From Chiloscyllium plagiosum (taxonomy: Eukaryota), in the NCBI RefSeq assembly GCF_004010195.1, contig NC_057719.1, positions 94,012,659-94,076,658 on the forward strand: DNA of 64,000 bases, written 5' to 3'. Made by a program: the position numbers and the translations under genes. The notes beneath the pieces were generated by a model that did not search any database, was not told the DNA's origin, and was given only the letters and a program-made list of their open reading frames with translations. Every line of letters begins with the position of its first letter. Within the stretch, counting starts at the first letter, position 1. Of this stretch, positions 24,620-36,968 are shown one piece after another.

Positions 24620-26300
24620 TAGAATGTGTCACGTGCCAGTAATGTTAGGAATAGGAAAGTATTACAGTGAAATACACGGTCAAATAGCTGGCAGGGAGTC
24701 AGCACTTCTGATATGTGGATTATTGGGATTCCCGGGTCGGTAGGATATACACAAGAAGGAAGGGATGCATCTGAACTGGCAGCAATCTCCTGACAGGCAT
24801 TTTTGCTGTTGTCACTCATGAGGGTTTAAACTAATATGGCACTGGGGAGTGGGAACCAGGGCAGTATGTCCACAATACAGTGGCTGAGGAAGAATTGGAG
24901 ACTGAAAGCAATGCATCTAAGACTAACAACAAAGAAGAGAGGGTACTGAACACAATGGGAAGTCTGAAGTGTGATTAGTAAAATGTGAAGAATCTGGCAG
25001 ATAAGAACTTGGAGCTTGGGTAAGTACATATAACTACAATGTAAATAATCTAGAGATTTCATTGAGAGAGAGACAAGAGAGCAGACAATCCAGTGGGTCC
25101 AGAAATAGTTGCTGAATATGAATGAGTGGCTGAAGATTGGTGTTTAAAGTAAAAGAAAATCCAGCACTTTATCGAAAACGGACAGTGTGTGATGTGATTC
25201 AATGCACAGATTGAAGTGACAAAGGCGGAAACTGAAATTGAATGTTTAAAATATATCCTCCTTTACTGACAGTCTTTTGTAATCGACTGTCACCAGAAAT
25301 TAAAAGCGAAGAATTTGCATCAGGGAAACTCAAACCAAATGGAAGGTCATGATCTGATGCGTTGGACTGAAGTGTGTTTATTTCCTGAAGAAGGGCTAAT
25401 GCCCGAAACGTCGATTCTCCTGTTCCCTAGATGCTGCCTGTCTCCAGCAACACATTTCCATCTCTGATCTCCAGCATCTGCAGACCTCATTTTCTCCTGT
25501 GTTTATTTCAATGCAAGGATTATTATGGGTAAACAGGTGTATTTAGAGCCTGAATCTGTACATGGGACTACGATGTTGCAAACATTATAGGGACTTGATT
25601 GAGTTATTTACAGGACTGGCTGCTCAACTTTCCAGGGTTTTGTTGTTTTGGATGAGATAGAGGGGAAGGTAAAAGAGGGGGAGGAGTTGCATTAAGAATC
25701 AGGGAGAATGTTACATCTGCACTTAGATAGGGAATACTGGAGGGCTCATCTACTGAGGCAACAGGAGTAGAGCTCAAAAATAAAACGTATACAAGCATAC
25801 TGTTAGGATTATACTGTAGTCCCTCCAACAACCACGGAGAGATTGAGGAACAATCAGCCGATTATGGAAACATGCATTAAAAACAGAGTTGCCATTGTGA
25901 GTGACTTTAACATCGCCAATATTGACTGGGAGCCCTTCGATCAAGAGGCTTAGACGGGGCAGAATTTGTTACGTGCATCCAAGAGAGTTCCTTGCAACGG
26001 TATGTGGATTGTCCAAATACAGGAAGGGCCATACTGGACGTCGTAAAAGATAATGAGTCAGTCCACGTGACTGACCATTCAATGAGACAGAATTTTGGAA
26101 ATTCTGGAAATTTTGGAATGATCACAGAATATTCAGTTTTAAGAAAGCTACGAACATGGGATAAGTCCGGACCTTGTGGAATTTACTAGATTAGCGGAAC
26201 GCAAATTACATCAGTATCAGGCAGGAGCTAAGGAGTGTTAATTGGGGAGCTATTATCAAGGCAAATCCACATTTTGCATGGGGGAACTGTTTATGAAATC
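24620..26300 (+). mobile_element. CR1 LINE fragments (ORF1 esterase end, ORF2 APE)
   Basis: YTRR..HLNW-like ORF1 end; YFNAR, QDWLLNFPGFCCF, GLYCSPSN, DFN.ANIDW, CIQESSLQRYVDCP..AILD. Confidence 0.7.
25385..25497 (+). mobile_element. 113-bp PLE pLTR insertion beginning at an intact hammerhead core, 12-bp TSD
   Basis: CTGAAGAaGGGCtaatGCCCGAAAcgTCga at 25385; TSD tgtgtttatttc at 25373-25384 and 25498-25509. Confidence 0.85.
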
Positions 26301-26339
26301 CTGATTTCAACAGCATCTGGTGAATGTACACCCAACTGC

Positions 26340-26940
26340 ACGAATTTTAATCTACTTTGTTTGAACAGACATTTCGATGCCGCTGCATATCAGAGGCCTG
26401 GAAGAGATTGTGGATGATAGTGCAGTGTGTCCTTCGCAGGACCAGCTTGCCTCAGGGGACACCTAAAGGTTTTATTGTGGGTCAGAGAACCTCAGAATTA
26501 ATGCAGCAGAGAAGGAGGCCATTCCGCCCATTGTACATCCACAAGCTCTCCAACTGCACAATATGAAAACAGAGAGACTGATTGGAGACAGATTGAGCGG
26601 GAAATAGAAATAATAAGAGAGAAACAAAGTGAAGGGAGGTAAACAGAGAAAAGGGAGTGACAGACTAAGTGAGAGGAACAGGTGTCAAACGAGAGTGAAT
26701 TTGGATAAATCAGAAGACAGCATGAGGAACGTAGACAGAAGATGGAAATTTAATTTAGAAATTCCTATGCACAGCAAGCCCTTTTTCTGGGTTTTGTACC
26801 CTGAGAGAACTGAGTTGATGCTGGCTGTGATCCCAGGTCATTTATTGCGAATAACATCACAGAGCTGGGTTGCTGACAGTTAAACAGAATCCAACAGATA
26901 AATAGATTGGTTCCAGAGAGAGGATGCATTGATTTCAATA
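26340..26940 (+). repeat. Segmental duplication unit 2, upstream part (separated from the rest by ~9 kb of nested insertions)
   Basis: Collinear similarity to 17880-18480 (cacctaaag..tttattgtg.gtcagagaacctc; tcagaagacagcatgagg; cagcaagcccttt.tctgggt). Confidence 0.85.
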
Positions 26941-27789
26941 GACTGGGCGAAACACAACAGGAACTGATATCCTCCCCACTTACTGTTTGAGAGACTGAAC
27001 CAGAGAATCTCAGTGAGGGGGATCACTGACAAAGGGGAAATCTGCACCTCAGCTGTGGGTGAAATAATGACTGATAAAGATTGCACACCACTTCCATGGC
27101 TTTGCAATCTACATTTCAATTTTTATAGCTCAATATCATGGCTTATTTTAACAATCTTATCTCTTTGTACTTTCCATATTTTGGAATTCACAAAACATCA
27201 TTTTGTCCCTGCATTTTGTGTTGAACAAAACAGATTTTATTATTGGGGAAAAAGGCTCCTGTTCTGATGGGACGGTGAACAATGCTAGGACCAGAGTCAT
27301 AGTCACATAACTAGGGCTGCGGACAGATCTTTCAACAACTTTTTAAATTTGGGATGGGGGTTCAGTTATAGGGAAAATTAGAAAACTCGAATGAAAACAG
27401 GAGGTAAGGGTGCAGAACTCAGGAGAGTTTATTAAAATTTCCAGCACAGGCACAAATAGGACAGAGTGTATTGATAATGTAAGCAATCAAACTTCAAGCA
27501 CACTGGACAAACAAATGACACTAAGAGGAGGGACGGTTAATACAGGACTAAAAGGGTTACATCAGAATGCATTCCGCATAAGGAATAAGGTAAATGACTT
27601 ATGGCGCAGATTGAAATTGGCAGGTATGACGTGGTTGGCATCACAGAGTCGTGGCTGCAATGGGATTAGAATTGACAGCTGAATATTCAAGGATATATAT
27701 CCTATCGAAAAGATGGGCGAGAGGGTGGGGGGGGGGGGGGGGAGCTGATGCATTATTAGTAAGAATGAAAATAAGTCAATCGTAAGAAT

Positions 27790-28330
27790 TCTGGTTTCCT
27801 TGCTATCGGAAGGATGTTGTGAAACTTGAAACGATTCAGAGAAGATTTACAATGATGTAACCAGGATTGGATTATTTCAGCTACAGGGAGAAGCTGCATA
27901 GGCTGGGGCAGTTTTCCCTAGAGGGTCAGAGACTGAGGGGTGACCCGATAGTGAGTTAGAAAATCACGAGGGGCATGCATGTGATAATTAGACAAAGTAT
28001 TTCCTCTGAGGCGGGGGAGGATGAGTGGGCATAGGTTTAGGTTGAGAGGGGAAAGGTTTAAAAGGGACATAAGGAGCAGGTTTTTTCATGCACAGGGTGA
28101 TGTGTGTATGGAAACAACTGTGGGAGGAAGTGGTGGATGCTGGTCCTATTCCGACAATTAACAGGCATCTGGATGGGTATGAAAACGGGGTGGGGACGGC
28201 GGTACGAAGGGTATAGGCCAAATGCTGGGAAATGGGAATAGACCAGTTGGGATATTTGTTCGCCATGGAGTTGGACCGAAGCATCTATTTCCGTGCTCTA
28301 CATCTCTCTGACTGTATGACTCTTTGACTG
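27790..28330 (+). mobile_element. Second CR1 3'-end fragment nested in the APE region of the CR1 above
   Basis: C-terminal ORF2 and 3' UTR ending in (tgactct)-like repeats; the host APE resumes at 28331. Confidence 0.75.
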
Positions 28331-29779
28331 TAGGACATGAAGTAGGGTCAGGTGGAACAAAATCTGTGTGGGTGCAATTGAGTATCCACAAAACTTGAAA
28401 AAAGAAACATAGTTAGCGTTAAATACAGGCTTCCAACAAAGTAGCCAGGAGCTGGGGCACAATACGCATCAAGAGATAGAAAACATGGGAAGAAAAGGCA
28501 AATTACAAGATCGTGGGAGATTTCAATACGCGGGGGGACTGCAAAAATTAGGTTCACAAGAAAAATAATTTGTGGAATATCTACGATAGGGTTTTTGGAA
28601 CAACCTGTGTTGGACCACACTCCAAAACAGGCAATACTGGATTTAGTGTTGTGCAATGAGGCTGACTATTTAATGGGAAATTAAGGTGAAGGAACTAGTA
28701 GGAAGCAGTGAACATAATATGATTGATTTTATTCTGCAATTTGAGAGGGAGAAGATAGAGTCAAATGTCATGGTATTTCAGATGAATAAAGGCAACTACG
28801 GAGGCATGAGGGAGGAGCTGTGTAAGATTAACTGGGACAGGGGCCGAGCAGGAAAATAGTGGAATAGCAATGGCAGGAGTTTCTGGGAGTAATTCAGGCG
28901 ACACAAAAGAGAATCTTCCCGAGAAAGAAAAGAAGCATGGTACACGGAGGATGAAGCAACAATGGCTGACCAGGGAAGTCAGTGATAGCACAAAAGCAAA
29001 ACAGCAAGCGTATAACGTGACGAAGCGCAGAGGAAAACCAAACGATTTGGAAGCTCTCAAAGACCAACGGAGGGCAACAAAATAGTAAATATGGAGGGAG
29101 GAGATTAAATATGAGGGTAAGCTTGCCAGTAAAATAAAGGAAAACTTTAAGAATTTCTTTAGATACTTCAAGGGCAAAGACGAGACAAAAGTGGACATTG
29201 GGCTATTGGAAAATGACACAGGAGAGACAGTCAAGGGGAACGAAGAAATGGCTGAGGACACGAATAATTTCCCAATAATTCACAAGTGTGAAGGGGCAGA
29301 GCTGAGTATGTCACCCATCGCCAAGGCAAACAGGGTAGAAAAGCTAAATGGGCTGAAGATAGCTAAATCACCTGGACCAGAAGTACTGCACCACGGAGTT
29401 CTAAGGGAGAAAGCTAAGAGGTAGTGGAGGCGTTAATGGGGATCTTTCAGGAATCTTTAGAACAAAACAATGTCCCAGAGGACTGGAAAATTGTTAACGT
29501 AAACTCCCTGTTTAAAAAGGGAATAAGACAGAAGACGGAATATTACAGACCAATTAACCTAACCTCGGCTGTGGTTAAGATCCTGGAATCGACCAGGAAG
29601 GATGCGATTTCTGAATACTTAGAGGTGGATGGTAAGATAGGGCAAACTCAGCATGGTTTCATCAAGGGGTGATCATGCCTAACACATTTTTTAGAATTCT
29701 TTGAGGAAGTAATGAGCATATTAAACAAGGAGAGGCAATGGATGTCATCCGCCTGGACCTCAAGAAGGCCTTTGACAAG

Positions 29780-30536
29780 GCCCTTGAGCCCCGCCCCTCC
29801 AACCGCCACCAGGGCAGAACCCCACTGTCACCCCACCAATCTCAATGCACAGCGCATCATCCGCCGTCATTTCCGCCACCTCCAAACGGACCCCCAACAC
29901 CAAGGATATATTTCCCTCCCCTCCCCTATCAGCATTCCGTAAAGACCACTCCCTCCGTGACTCCCTCGTCAGATCCACACCCCCCACCAACCCAACCTCC
30001 ACCCGCGGCACCTTCCCCTGCAACCGCAGGAGGTGCAAGACTGGCGCCCACACCTGCCCCTCACCTCCCTCCAAGGCCCCAAAGGAAACTCCCATATCCG
30101 CCACAGATTCACCTGCACCTCCACACAATCATCTATTGCATCCTCTGCACCCGGTTGGAGGGAGAGCGCCTCATCTTCCGCCTAGGAATCCTCCAACCAC
30201 AAGGGATGAACTCGGGTTTCACCAGTTTCCTCATTTCCCCTCCCCCCACCTTGTCTCAGTCAAATCCATCGAATTCAGCACCGCCTTCCTAACCTGCAAT
30301 CTTCTTCCCGACCTCTCCGCCCCCACCCCAGTCTGACCTATCACCCTCACCTTGACCTCTTTCCACCTATCACATTTCCGACGCCCCTCCCCCAAGTCCC
30401 TCCTCCCTATCTTTTATCTTAGCCTGCTGGACCAACTTTCGTCATTCCTGAAGAAGGGCTAATGCCCGAAACGTCGATTCTTCTGTTCCCTAGATGCTGA
30501 CTGACCTGCTGCGCTTTTCCAGCAACACATTTCCAG
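29780..30536 (+). mobile_element. Neptune-type PLE 3' portion (linker, deleted GIY-YIG, pLTR with hammerhead), 10-bp TSD
   Basis: DIFPSPPLSAFRKDHSLRDSLVRS, GTFPCNRRRCKT, IYCILC, LIFRLG; TSD ctttgacaag at 29770-29779 and 30537-30546 inside the CR1 KAFDK motif. Confidence 0.9.
30445..30478 (+). ncRNA. Minimal hammerhead ribozyme motif
   Basis: ttc-CTGAAGA-a-GGGC-taat-GCCC-GAAA-cg-TC-gat. Confidence 0.8.
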
Positions 30537-30863
30537 CTTTGACAAGTGCCACACAGGAGGCTATTGATTAAGATAAAGGCACTTGGTGTTAGAGGCAAGC
30601 TGCTAGCACGGATAGAAGTTTGGTTGTTTAGCAAAAAGCAGGTAGTGGGGATTAAATTGTCCTTCTCAGGATGGCAGCAGGTGACAAAATATGTACCGCA
30701 GGACTCCGTGTTGGGACAACTTTTCATTAAGTACATTAAATATCTAGATGACAGAACGGAGGGCATTCTGCCTAAGTTTGCAGATAATACGAAATTATGT
30801 AGAGGAACAAGTAGCACGGAGAAGGCAGACGAGCTGCAGAAGGATGTGGACAAGTTAGGAGAT

Positions 30864-31169
30864 GGGGCGGCACGGTGGCGCAGTGGTTAGCACTGCTGCC
30901 TTACAGCGCCAGAGATCCGGGTTCAATTCCCGCCTCACTGTGTGGAGTTTGCACGTTCTCCCCGTGTCTGCGTGGGTTTCCTCCGGGTGCTCCGGTTTCC
31001 TCCCACAGTCCAAAGATGTGCAGGTCAGGTGAATTGGCCATACTAAATTGCCCATAGTGTTAGGTAAAGGGTAAATGTAGGGGTATGGGTGGGTTGCGCT
31101 TCGGCGGGTCGGTGTGGACTTGTTGGGCCGAAGGGCCTGTTTCCACACTGTAATGTAATCTAAAAAAAA
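30864..31169 (+). mobile_element. HE1-like tRNA-derived SINE, well preserved
   Basis: A box TGGCGCAGTGG at 30876-30886, B box GGTTCAATTCC near 30920, CR1-like tail, ends taatctaaaaaaaa; interrupts the CR1 RT. Confidence 0.92.
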
Positions 31170-32032
31170 GTGGCAGATGGAGTAAAACGTGCGCGAGGAT
31201 GACGTCATGCACTTCGGTAGGAAGAATAAAGGCATGGAATGTTTGCTAAATGGGGAGAAAATTCTGAAGTCTGAACTGCAAAGAGACTTGGGAATCCAAC
31301 TCCAGTAATCTCTCAAGGTAAACTTGCAAGTTGAGTCAATAGTTAGGAAGGCAAATACAATGAAGGAATTTGTTTCGAGAGGAATTGAATATAAAAACAG
31401 GGATGTATTTCTAAGGCACTAAAACGCTCTGGTCAGGTCAAATTTGGATTATTGTGTGCAGTGTTGTGCTCCATATCTCAGTAAGGATGCACTAGGCCCG
31501 GTGTGTGCTCAGAGGAGGTTCACTGGAATGGTCCTAGGAATGAAAAGCTTAACATATGATGAACGTTTGAGGACTCTAAGTCTATACGTGAAGGAGTTTA
31601 GAAGGATGAAGGGGATTAAATTCAAACTTACGGAAAACTGAATGACCTGGACAGAGTGGATTTTGGGAAAATGTATCCTCTGAGAAGAGAGACTAGGATC
31701 TGAGGCACCGAGATAGATTACAGAGAAGACCTTTTAGAACAGAGATAAGGAGAAATTTCTCCAGACAGAGAAATGTGAGTCTATAGAATTCACTGCCACA
31801 GAAAGCAGTGGAGGCCAGGTCATTGAGTATATTTAAGCCAGCGTAGGTAGGTTCTCGATTGTAAAAGGGCTCAACGGTGATGGGGAGAATGGGGTTGAGA
31901 AACTTTTCAGCTTTGATTGAATGTTGGAGCAGATTCGATGGGCTGAATGGCCAGGTATCTACTTCTATGTCTGCTGGTTATATGGTGTTTATTATTATTG
32001 GTTCGCCTCAGTCCTCATTGCAGATTGATTCG

Positions 32033-32441
32033 TGTCATGGAAATTAAATGGATGTGACTCAACTATTCGCAAGAACAAAGAAAATAGCTTTATTAATTTT
32101 TAACCTCTGCACTGCAGAGGGACCAAAATGCACTAGGCAAAAATGTTTTGTGCAAGGGCCATGAGCATAATTCAGACACTTGTCCTGTACTGTTTCTTGT
32201 CATGTTTTCAAGGGCAAAGGCTGGGAAAACTCAAGTGGTCATTTTTTTTTTCATTAAGTTGTTGTGGACATGCTGTTCTTATGTTTCCCTTGTTGAATGT
32301 TTACAAAGTTACCCTGAGACAAGCTGTCCCTCGACTGCAAACTTCAGCAAAGTTGCAAAGTGTCAGAAAAGTTTTAAATTAAATCTTATTAAACCTTTCA
32401 GATTTCAGAGTAAATGTTAATTTTGTTAATTTTCCATTGCA
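32033..32441 (-). repeat. ERV 3' LTR
   Basis: TG...CA ends; direct repeat of 35380-35946; AATAAA on the minus strand near 32090; adjacent PPT aaaaaggggggaaa (plus-strand 32442-32455). Confidence 0.88.
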
Positions 32442-32529
32442 TTTCCCCCCTTTTTGTCATTTTATGACAACAAGGAAAACAACAGAAAAGAGCCAGAGTT
32501 TTAAAAAAGTCTACTTAGCCAGATAGCTA

Positions 32530-33110
32530 ATAATCAGCAAACTTAACAACTGTCTGTGTTGTGAGGAGCATTTGAAACAGTTTTAGCCACCTCTTCGCTT
32601 TCCAGTTTTTCCTCCAGAAATCTTTTACCACTATGCAGTCTACAGGTTTTAGATCATGCAGCTTCCCTTCTGCTGGTTGGGGTAGTGCTGCTTTCACTTG
32701 ATTCTATATTTCAGACAGAAGTGTAGAGAGTTTTATACAGTAACACAATATCACACCCTCACAGCGGCCTGTTATCTGTCTCACCTTAGGTCTTGGGCCC
32801 ATTCTGGTGTTGGGCGGCCCATCAAACAAAATCTCAAACAGGCTTAGGTTCGCTCTTCCTCTCCTCCTAGATCTCATATACATTACCTCAATCGGAAATG
32901 CCTTTGTCCATGTCACCCCTCGTTCTTCACAACATTTTTTCATTTTTAGTTTTTAAGGTAGCATTTTCTATTCCCACTACCCCACCACTCGCTGGGTGGT
33001 AGGCACAGTGTTGTCTCATATTTACTCCTAAATAATCATCGATCTGCTGTAGGGTATTATTGACAAATGGTGTCCCATTGTCACTACTAAGCCTTTCTGA
33101 GATGCCCCTG
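32530..33110 (-). pseudogene. pol: ERV integrase core and C-terminal remnant
   Basis: GISERLSSDNGTPFVN..HCAYHPASGGVVGIENATLK..LSLFEILF..LHDLKPVDCIVVKDFWRKNWKAKRW..FQMLLTTQTVVK. Confidence 0.88.
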
Positions 33111-33399
33111 TATCTACCAAAAATGTAACTGGTTGACCTTCCACTTATAACATAGTGGAAGGCATTGACTTATATGAATCATCATTGTCCTGAACATACG
33201 GTCCACGATCTGCAATCTCAGCACTCAATGTGGGCGTGGGGCTTGTTTCAGTGCCCGTAAGTTTAGTAGAAGAGATTAGCATAAGCGAGTCTTCGTTGCC
33301 AAGCATTGAGGAAAGGGAGCTTACCTGTACCTTGTGGGCTGCCCACCTCCACCTCGGCCTTCTTCTGTCAGTCACCCTGATGTCCAGCCTCCAGGGCGA

Positions 33400-34832
33400 T
33401 TGGGACTGTCTGTGTGGGCACTGCCTCACCCAGTGGTCCATTGCTCCACAAACAAAGCACCCGCCAGATCTACCTCTGCCAGTGCTTCTTCCATGACCTC
33501 TTTTTCTGCAGCACTTTCCTTCAACGGCTGGGCGACCATCTGCATCATAGTAGGTTGAGCTTTACATGCTTGCTGTTCCATCTTTAGATTCCACCTATCC
33601 TTCTCTTGGGCCAGCAATTTTTCAGCATGTATCGCATGTTGTCCTATCAAATTCAGCTTTCCTGTGACCCAGGTAACACATGTGTCTTTTACCTTTTTCA
33701 CTATTTCGTCCTTCATTCCATTGATGAAGCTGTTCCTCAGGTATGCCTTATACGGCGTGATTTCTGCCGCCATTATGTCGTCGGGTGGCCTCAGTCCACT
33801 ATTGGTGTTATGGAATTCAGTGAGTCAGTAAGGTACTGGGACACTCTCTCACCTTATCGTTGTTTACACATTACTCTTTGGTCATGTCCATTCGCACTGG
33901 GAATGCCTTCCTACAGGTGGTTCCCAGTGCTGCAACAAAAGCATTTAAGCCTCCATTCTATTCCGCTTGCGGGTTGGCTGCTCTGGCATGGACGTTGGCA
34001 GCTGACTATTTGTACTTAATTTGGTGAAATTGGCATCCAGATTTCGTCCCACTACCGGTGAATCAGCAGACCCTGAGGCGGCGGCCGCTGACTTGGAACC
34101 TTGACCACGCAGATCTCGTAGTGGGGTTGTAGGCCTCGGAGGGCAGTCATCGAGGTCAGGATCTGAAACAGACTTCAGACAATGTACAGCTTCATTTGGT
34201 TGTTTTCAGTATGTGTCTGCATGCGAGCTGGTGTTTGTATGTGTATTTGACGTGCATGTGGTGGGCGGTGTGGTGGCACAGTGGTTCGCATTGCTGCTTC
34301 ATAGTACCAGAGATCTGGGCTCAATTCCCTCCCCAGGCAACTGTCTATGTGGAGTTTGCATGTCCTTATTTTGTCTGCGTGGGTTTCCTCTGGGTTCCTC
34401 CCACAGTCCAAAGATGTGAAGGTTAGGTAAATTGGTCATGCTAAATTGCCCATAGTGTTAGGTGAAGAGAGCAATGGGTTGCTCTTCGCAGGGTCGGCAT
34501 GGACTTGTTGGGCCAGGTAAATAATCTAATTTTACTTGAGATTTCGTTTCCCTGATATCAGCCTCATCCATCCACATGTTACAAGCACTCCAATTCATAG
34601 GTTCTATTTTTCCCTTCCATTGCTCCTTCTCTCTCTCCTCGAACCTCGACCTCAATATTTCTAACTAACTTTTACTAAAAGCTCCGCCCTCCGGAAAACA
34701 ACATTCCTTGATCCACAATTCTAACTGCTTTACCGACTCTGGGTCGTTATTGTTTCGCATGCATTGTGTTCTTTGTTGACCATTTCAAGTCCACTGTGGA
34801 CCCTCTTTTTGTTTGGTCTCGCTGGAGCTCAT
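33400..34832 (-). pseudogene. gag: ERV gag remnant (MA, CA, NC zinc knuckle), interrupted by a SINE
   Basis: ATG at 34832 (MSSSE..); MA-like LELWIKECCFPEGGAFS; MHR-like CKQR*GESV; CA C-terminus (ORF 33426-33773); CCHC knuckle CFVCGAMDHWVRQC. Confidence 0.85.
34262..34530 (+). mobile_element. HE1-like SINE inserted in ERV gag
   Basis: tggcacagtgg A box, ggagtttgca body, taatctaa end. Confidence 0.85.
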
Positions 34833-35358
34833 TTTCAGCGCAAATGGAAAAGTGTTCAGTTCTCTCTCTCGTGCGGTACAGTTATCTCTTTCCTTTGACT
34901 TGCTTTTACCTCTGGAGGTCCCTTCTCGGATTGGGTGCGTCTGCAACAATGCCTTTGTTTTCGTAACCAAGAAACCACGTACCCGGTCCGTCCTTGCCAA
35001 GTCCAACTCAGCCAGTGATGGCTCCAAGTCTAAAACCACCCTTAAACCTGCTGTCTTTAAAACACACTAGAGACGGCAAACCCGTTCCCTTGGGCTTTGC
35101 TCGAATACCACGCGAGAGTTTACTGAACCTTTTTCTTGATTCATTTATTCTTTCAGAATGAGTCTCCATGTAGGATTACTTAAGCCATAACTCTTACCCC
35201 AACCCTATTAGATTCGAACCGAAGCGCGAGTGCGATCCACAGATTCCCAATCGTCTCATGCAAAGGGGCCAATTTAACGCTCGAGATGATGTGAAAGAGC
35301 TTCTAGGCGCTGGTGTCTGCGCCTCCTGGGAATGTTCAGAATCTCATCCAGTCGTTTG

Positions 35359-35376
35359 ATCTCTGACGAGCCCCAA
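35359..35376 (-). promoter_or_regulatory. Primer-binding site, tRNA-Pro type
   Basis: Minus strand TTGGGGCTCGTCAGAGAT matches 15 of 18 positions of the canonical tRNA-Pro PBS TGGGGGCTCGTCCGGGAT, next to the 5' LTR. Confidence 0.85.
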
Positions 35377-35379
35377 GTT

Positions 35380-35946
35380 TATTGGGAAATTAAATGGACT
35401 CGACTCAACTATTCGCAAGAGCAAATATAAGAGCTTTATTAATCTTTAACCTCTGCACTGCAGAGAGACCATATGCACTTGGCAAAAATGCTATGTGCAA
35501 GAGCCCTGAGCATAATTTGGATACTCGTCTTATGCTGTTTCCACTCACGCGTTCAAGGGCAAAGACTGGGAAAACTCAAGTTGCTATTTTTTTTCACTCC
35601 ATTGTTGTGGACATATTGCTCTTATATTTCAGGGTAAAAGCAATGACTGCAGATGCTGGAAACCAGATTCTAGATTAGAGTGGTGCTGGAAAAGCACAGC
35701 AGTTCAGGCTGAGTCTCCTTGAATGCTGCCTGGACTGCTGTGATTTTCCAGCACCACTCTAATCTAGAACCTGTTCTTATGTTTCCCTTGTTGAATGTTT
35801 ACAAAGTTCCACAGAGTCAAGCTGTCCCTCGACTGCAGACTTCAGCAAAATTGCAAAATGTCAGAAAAGTTTTAAATTAAATCTTATTAAATCTTTCAGA
35901 TTTCATAGTAAATTGATTTCAGAATAAATGTTAATTTTCCATTACA
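35380..35946 (-). repeat. ERV 5' LTR with a PLE-derived insertion
   Basis: Direct repeat of 32033-32441 plus ~140 extra bp. Confidence 0.88.
35631..35771. mobile_element. PLE-pLTR-derived fold-back insertion, ~14-bp TSD
   Basis: Arms 35668-35708 and 35729-35769 are reverse complements; TSD tgYtcttatRtttc at 35617-35630 and 35772-35785; absent from the 3' LTR. Confidence 0.8.
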
Positions 35947-36793
35947 ACCTGAATCTGATCTTCACATGATTTATAAATATGAACGTTTCAACACTGATAA
36001 TTTGATAATAACATGTCCCTCACTCTAGTCTCAGCAGCCATGTCCCCCAGTTCTCTCTGCTTTCTGTCTTTTTCCCAATGTCGTAACCATGCTAAATTGA
36101 AGTCCAGTAAATGACACTTCATCACAGTTGATTGACATCAATAACATCAACAGCGTGACCCTCACCTGTCCTCTCTGATCCTGGAATAACAATTTGGATT
36201 GCATTTGTGAGGGACAATTCTCTGTCAACATATGCATGCTGTTTGTCTGTTATAACGCCATAGTGTTTTAGGAGCATTTTCCTGTCAGATTATGGACTAT
36301 AAAAGTTTTCTCAATGTATTATTGCTATTGTAATGACAGATCACTAGTTGCAGGTGTATTTTTTCAATTATAAACAGAAAACTCGTTTATGTTCTGACAA
36401 TCTTTTGTCATTACTCCCATATCCAAACCAGTTTGAATGAAAATGCACAGTCATCCAACCATTTCCAACTTTCTTTCCCTCAATAACCCTCACATATCCC
36501 ATTCCAAATGTGTAAATTTTATATGTTATTTTAAATTTAATAATAGGCGTATTACATTGAAAGAGGTTAACTGGAGCTATTTGTTCAGTGAATGTGAATA
36601 ATGTCAGACTCTGTGAATCCTAAATGTGTCACTGAAGGATTAGCCTCTTCTTTAAATAAGGACTCGGTTCAACATGTTTTCCCAATCTATGAGCAGGCGA
36701 ATCACCGATCGCACCAACAGGGATCATCAGCTGCAGAGAGAGGGAGGGAGGAGAGATCAGAATCTGAGAACAATAGACTGGAATGTACCAACA

Positions 36794-36968
36794 ATGGATC
36801 AGAATCTGAGAACATTAGACTGGAATGTTCCAATAATAGACATGAGTTTATCCTCGGATCTTTACTATCTTTCTCAGCCTTAGGTATCGTTAGCATTGCG
36901 GATCGAAGATATCCTTTGGATTGTTCAAGGTGGTTACTATACCATCCTCGCTGTAGTTGGTGTTCCCA
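36794..36968 (+). pseudogene. GPR139/GPR142-like GPCR exon 1, copy 2 (single premature stop)
   Basis: MDQNLRTLDWNVPIIDMSLSSDLYYLSQP*VSLALRIEDILWIVQGGYYTILAVVGVP then A|gtaagt phase-1 donor; TAG at 36881-36883 (TGG in the other copies). Confidence 0.8.

Larger units (their letters stand above)
27330..31985 (+). mobile_element. CR1 LINE, near-complete decayed ORF2 hosting nested elements
   Basis: QNAFRIRNK, ITESWL, KSPGPEVLH, YRPINLTSAVVKILES, QHGFIKG, DLKKAFDK, PKFADNTKL, 3' tail ctatgtc..ttatatgg. Confidence 0.9.
32033..35946 (-). mobile_element. Class I (gamma/epsilon-like) endogenous retrovirus, internally deleted
   Basis: Two LTRs, PBS, PPT, gag and integrase remnants all in minus orientation. 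Confidence 0.9.

Noticed and set aside
30864..30940. tRNA gene
   Set aside because: The A and B boxes belong to a SINE head that continues into SINE body and tail; it is multi-copy and I could not fold a full cloverleaf.
32025..35955. Target-site duplication of the ERV
   Set aside because: The flanks (..attcg and acctg..) do not match convincingly, so no TSD is claimed.
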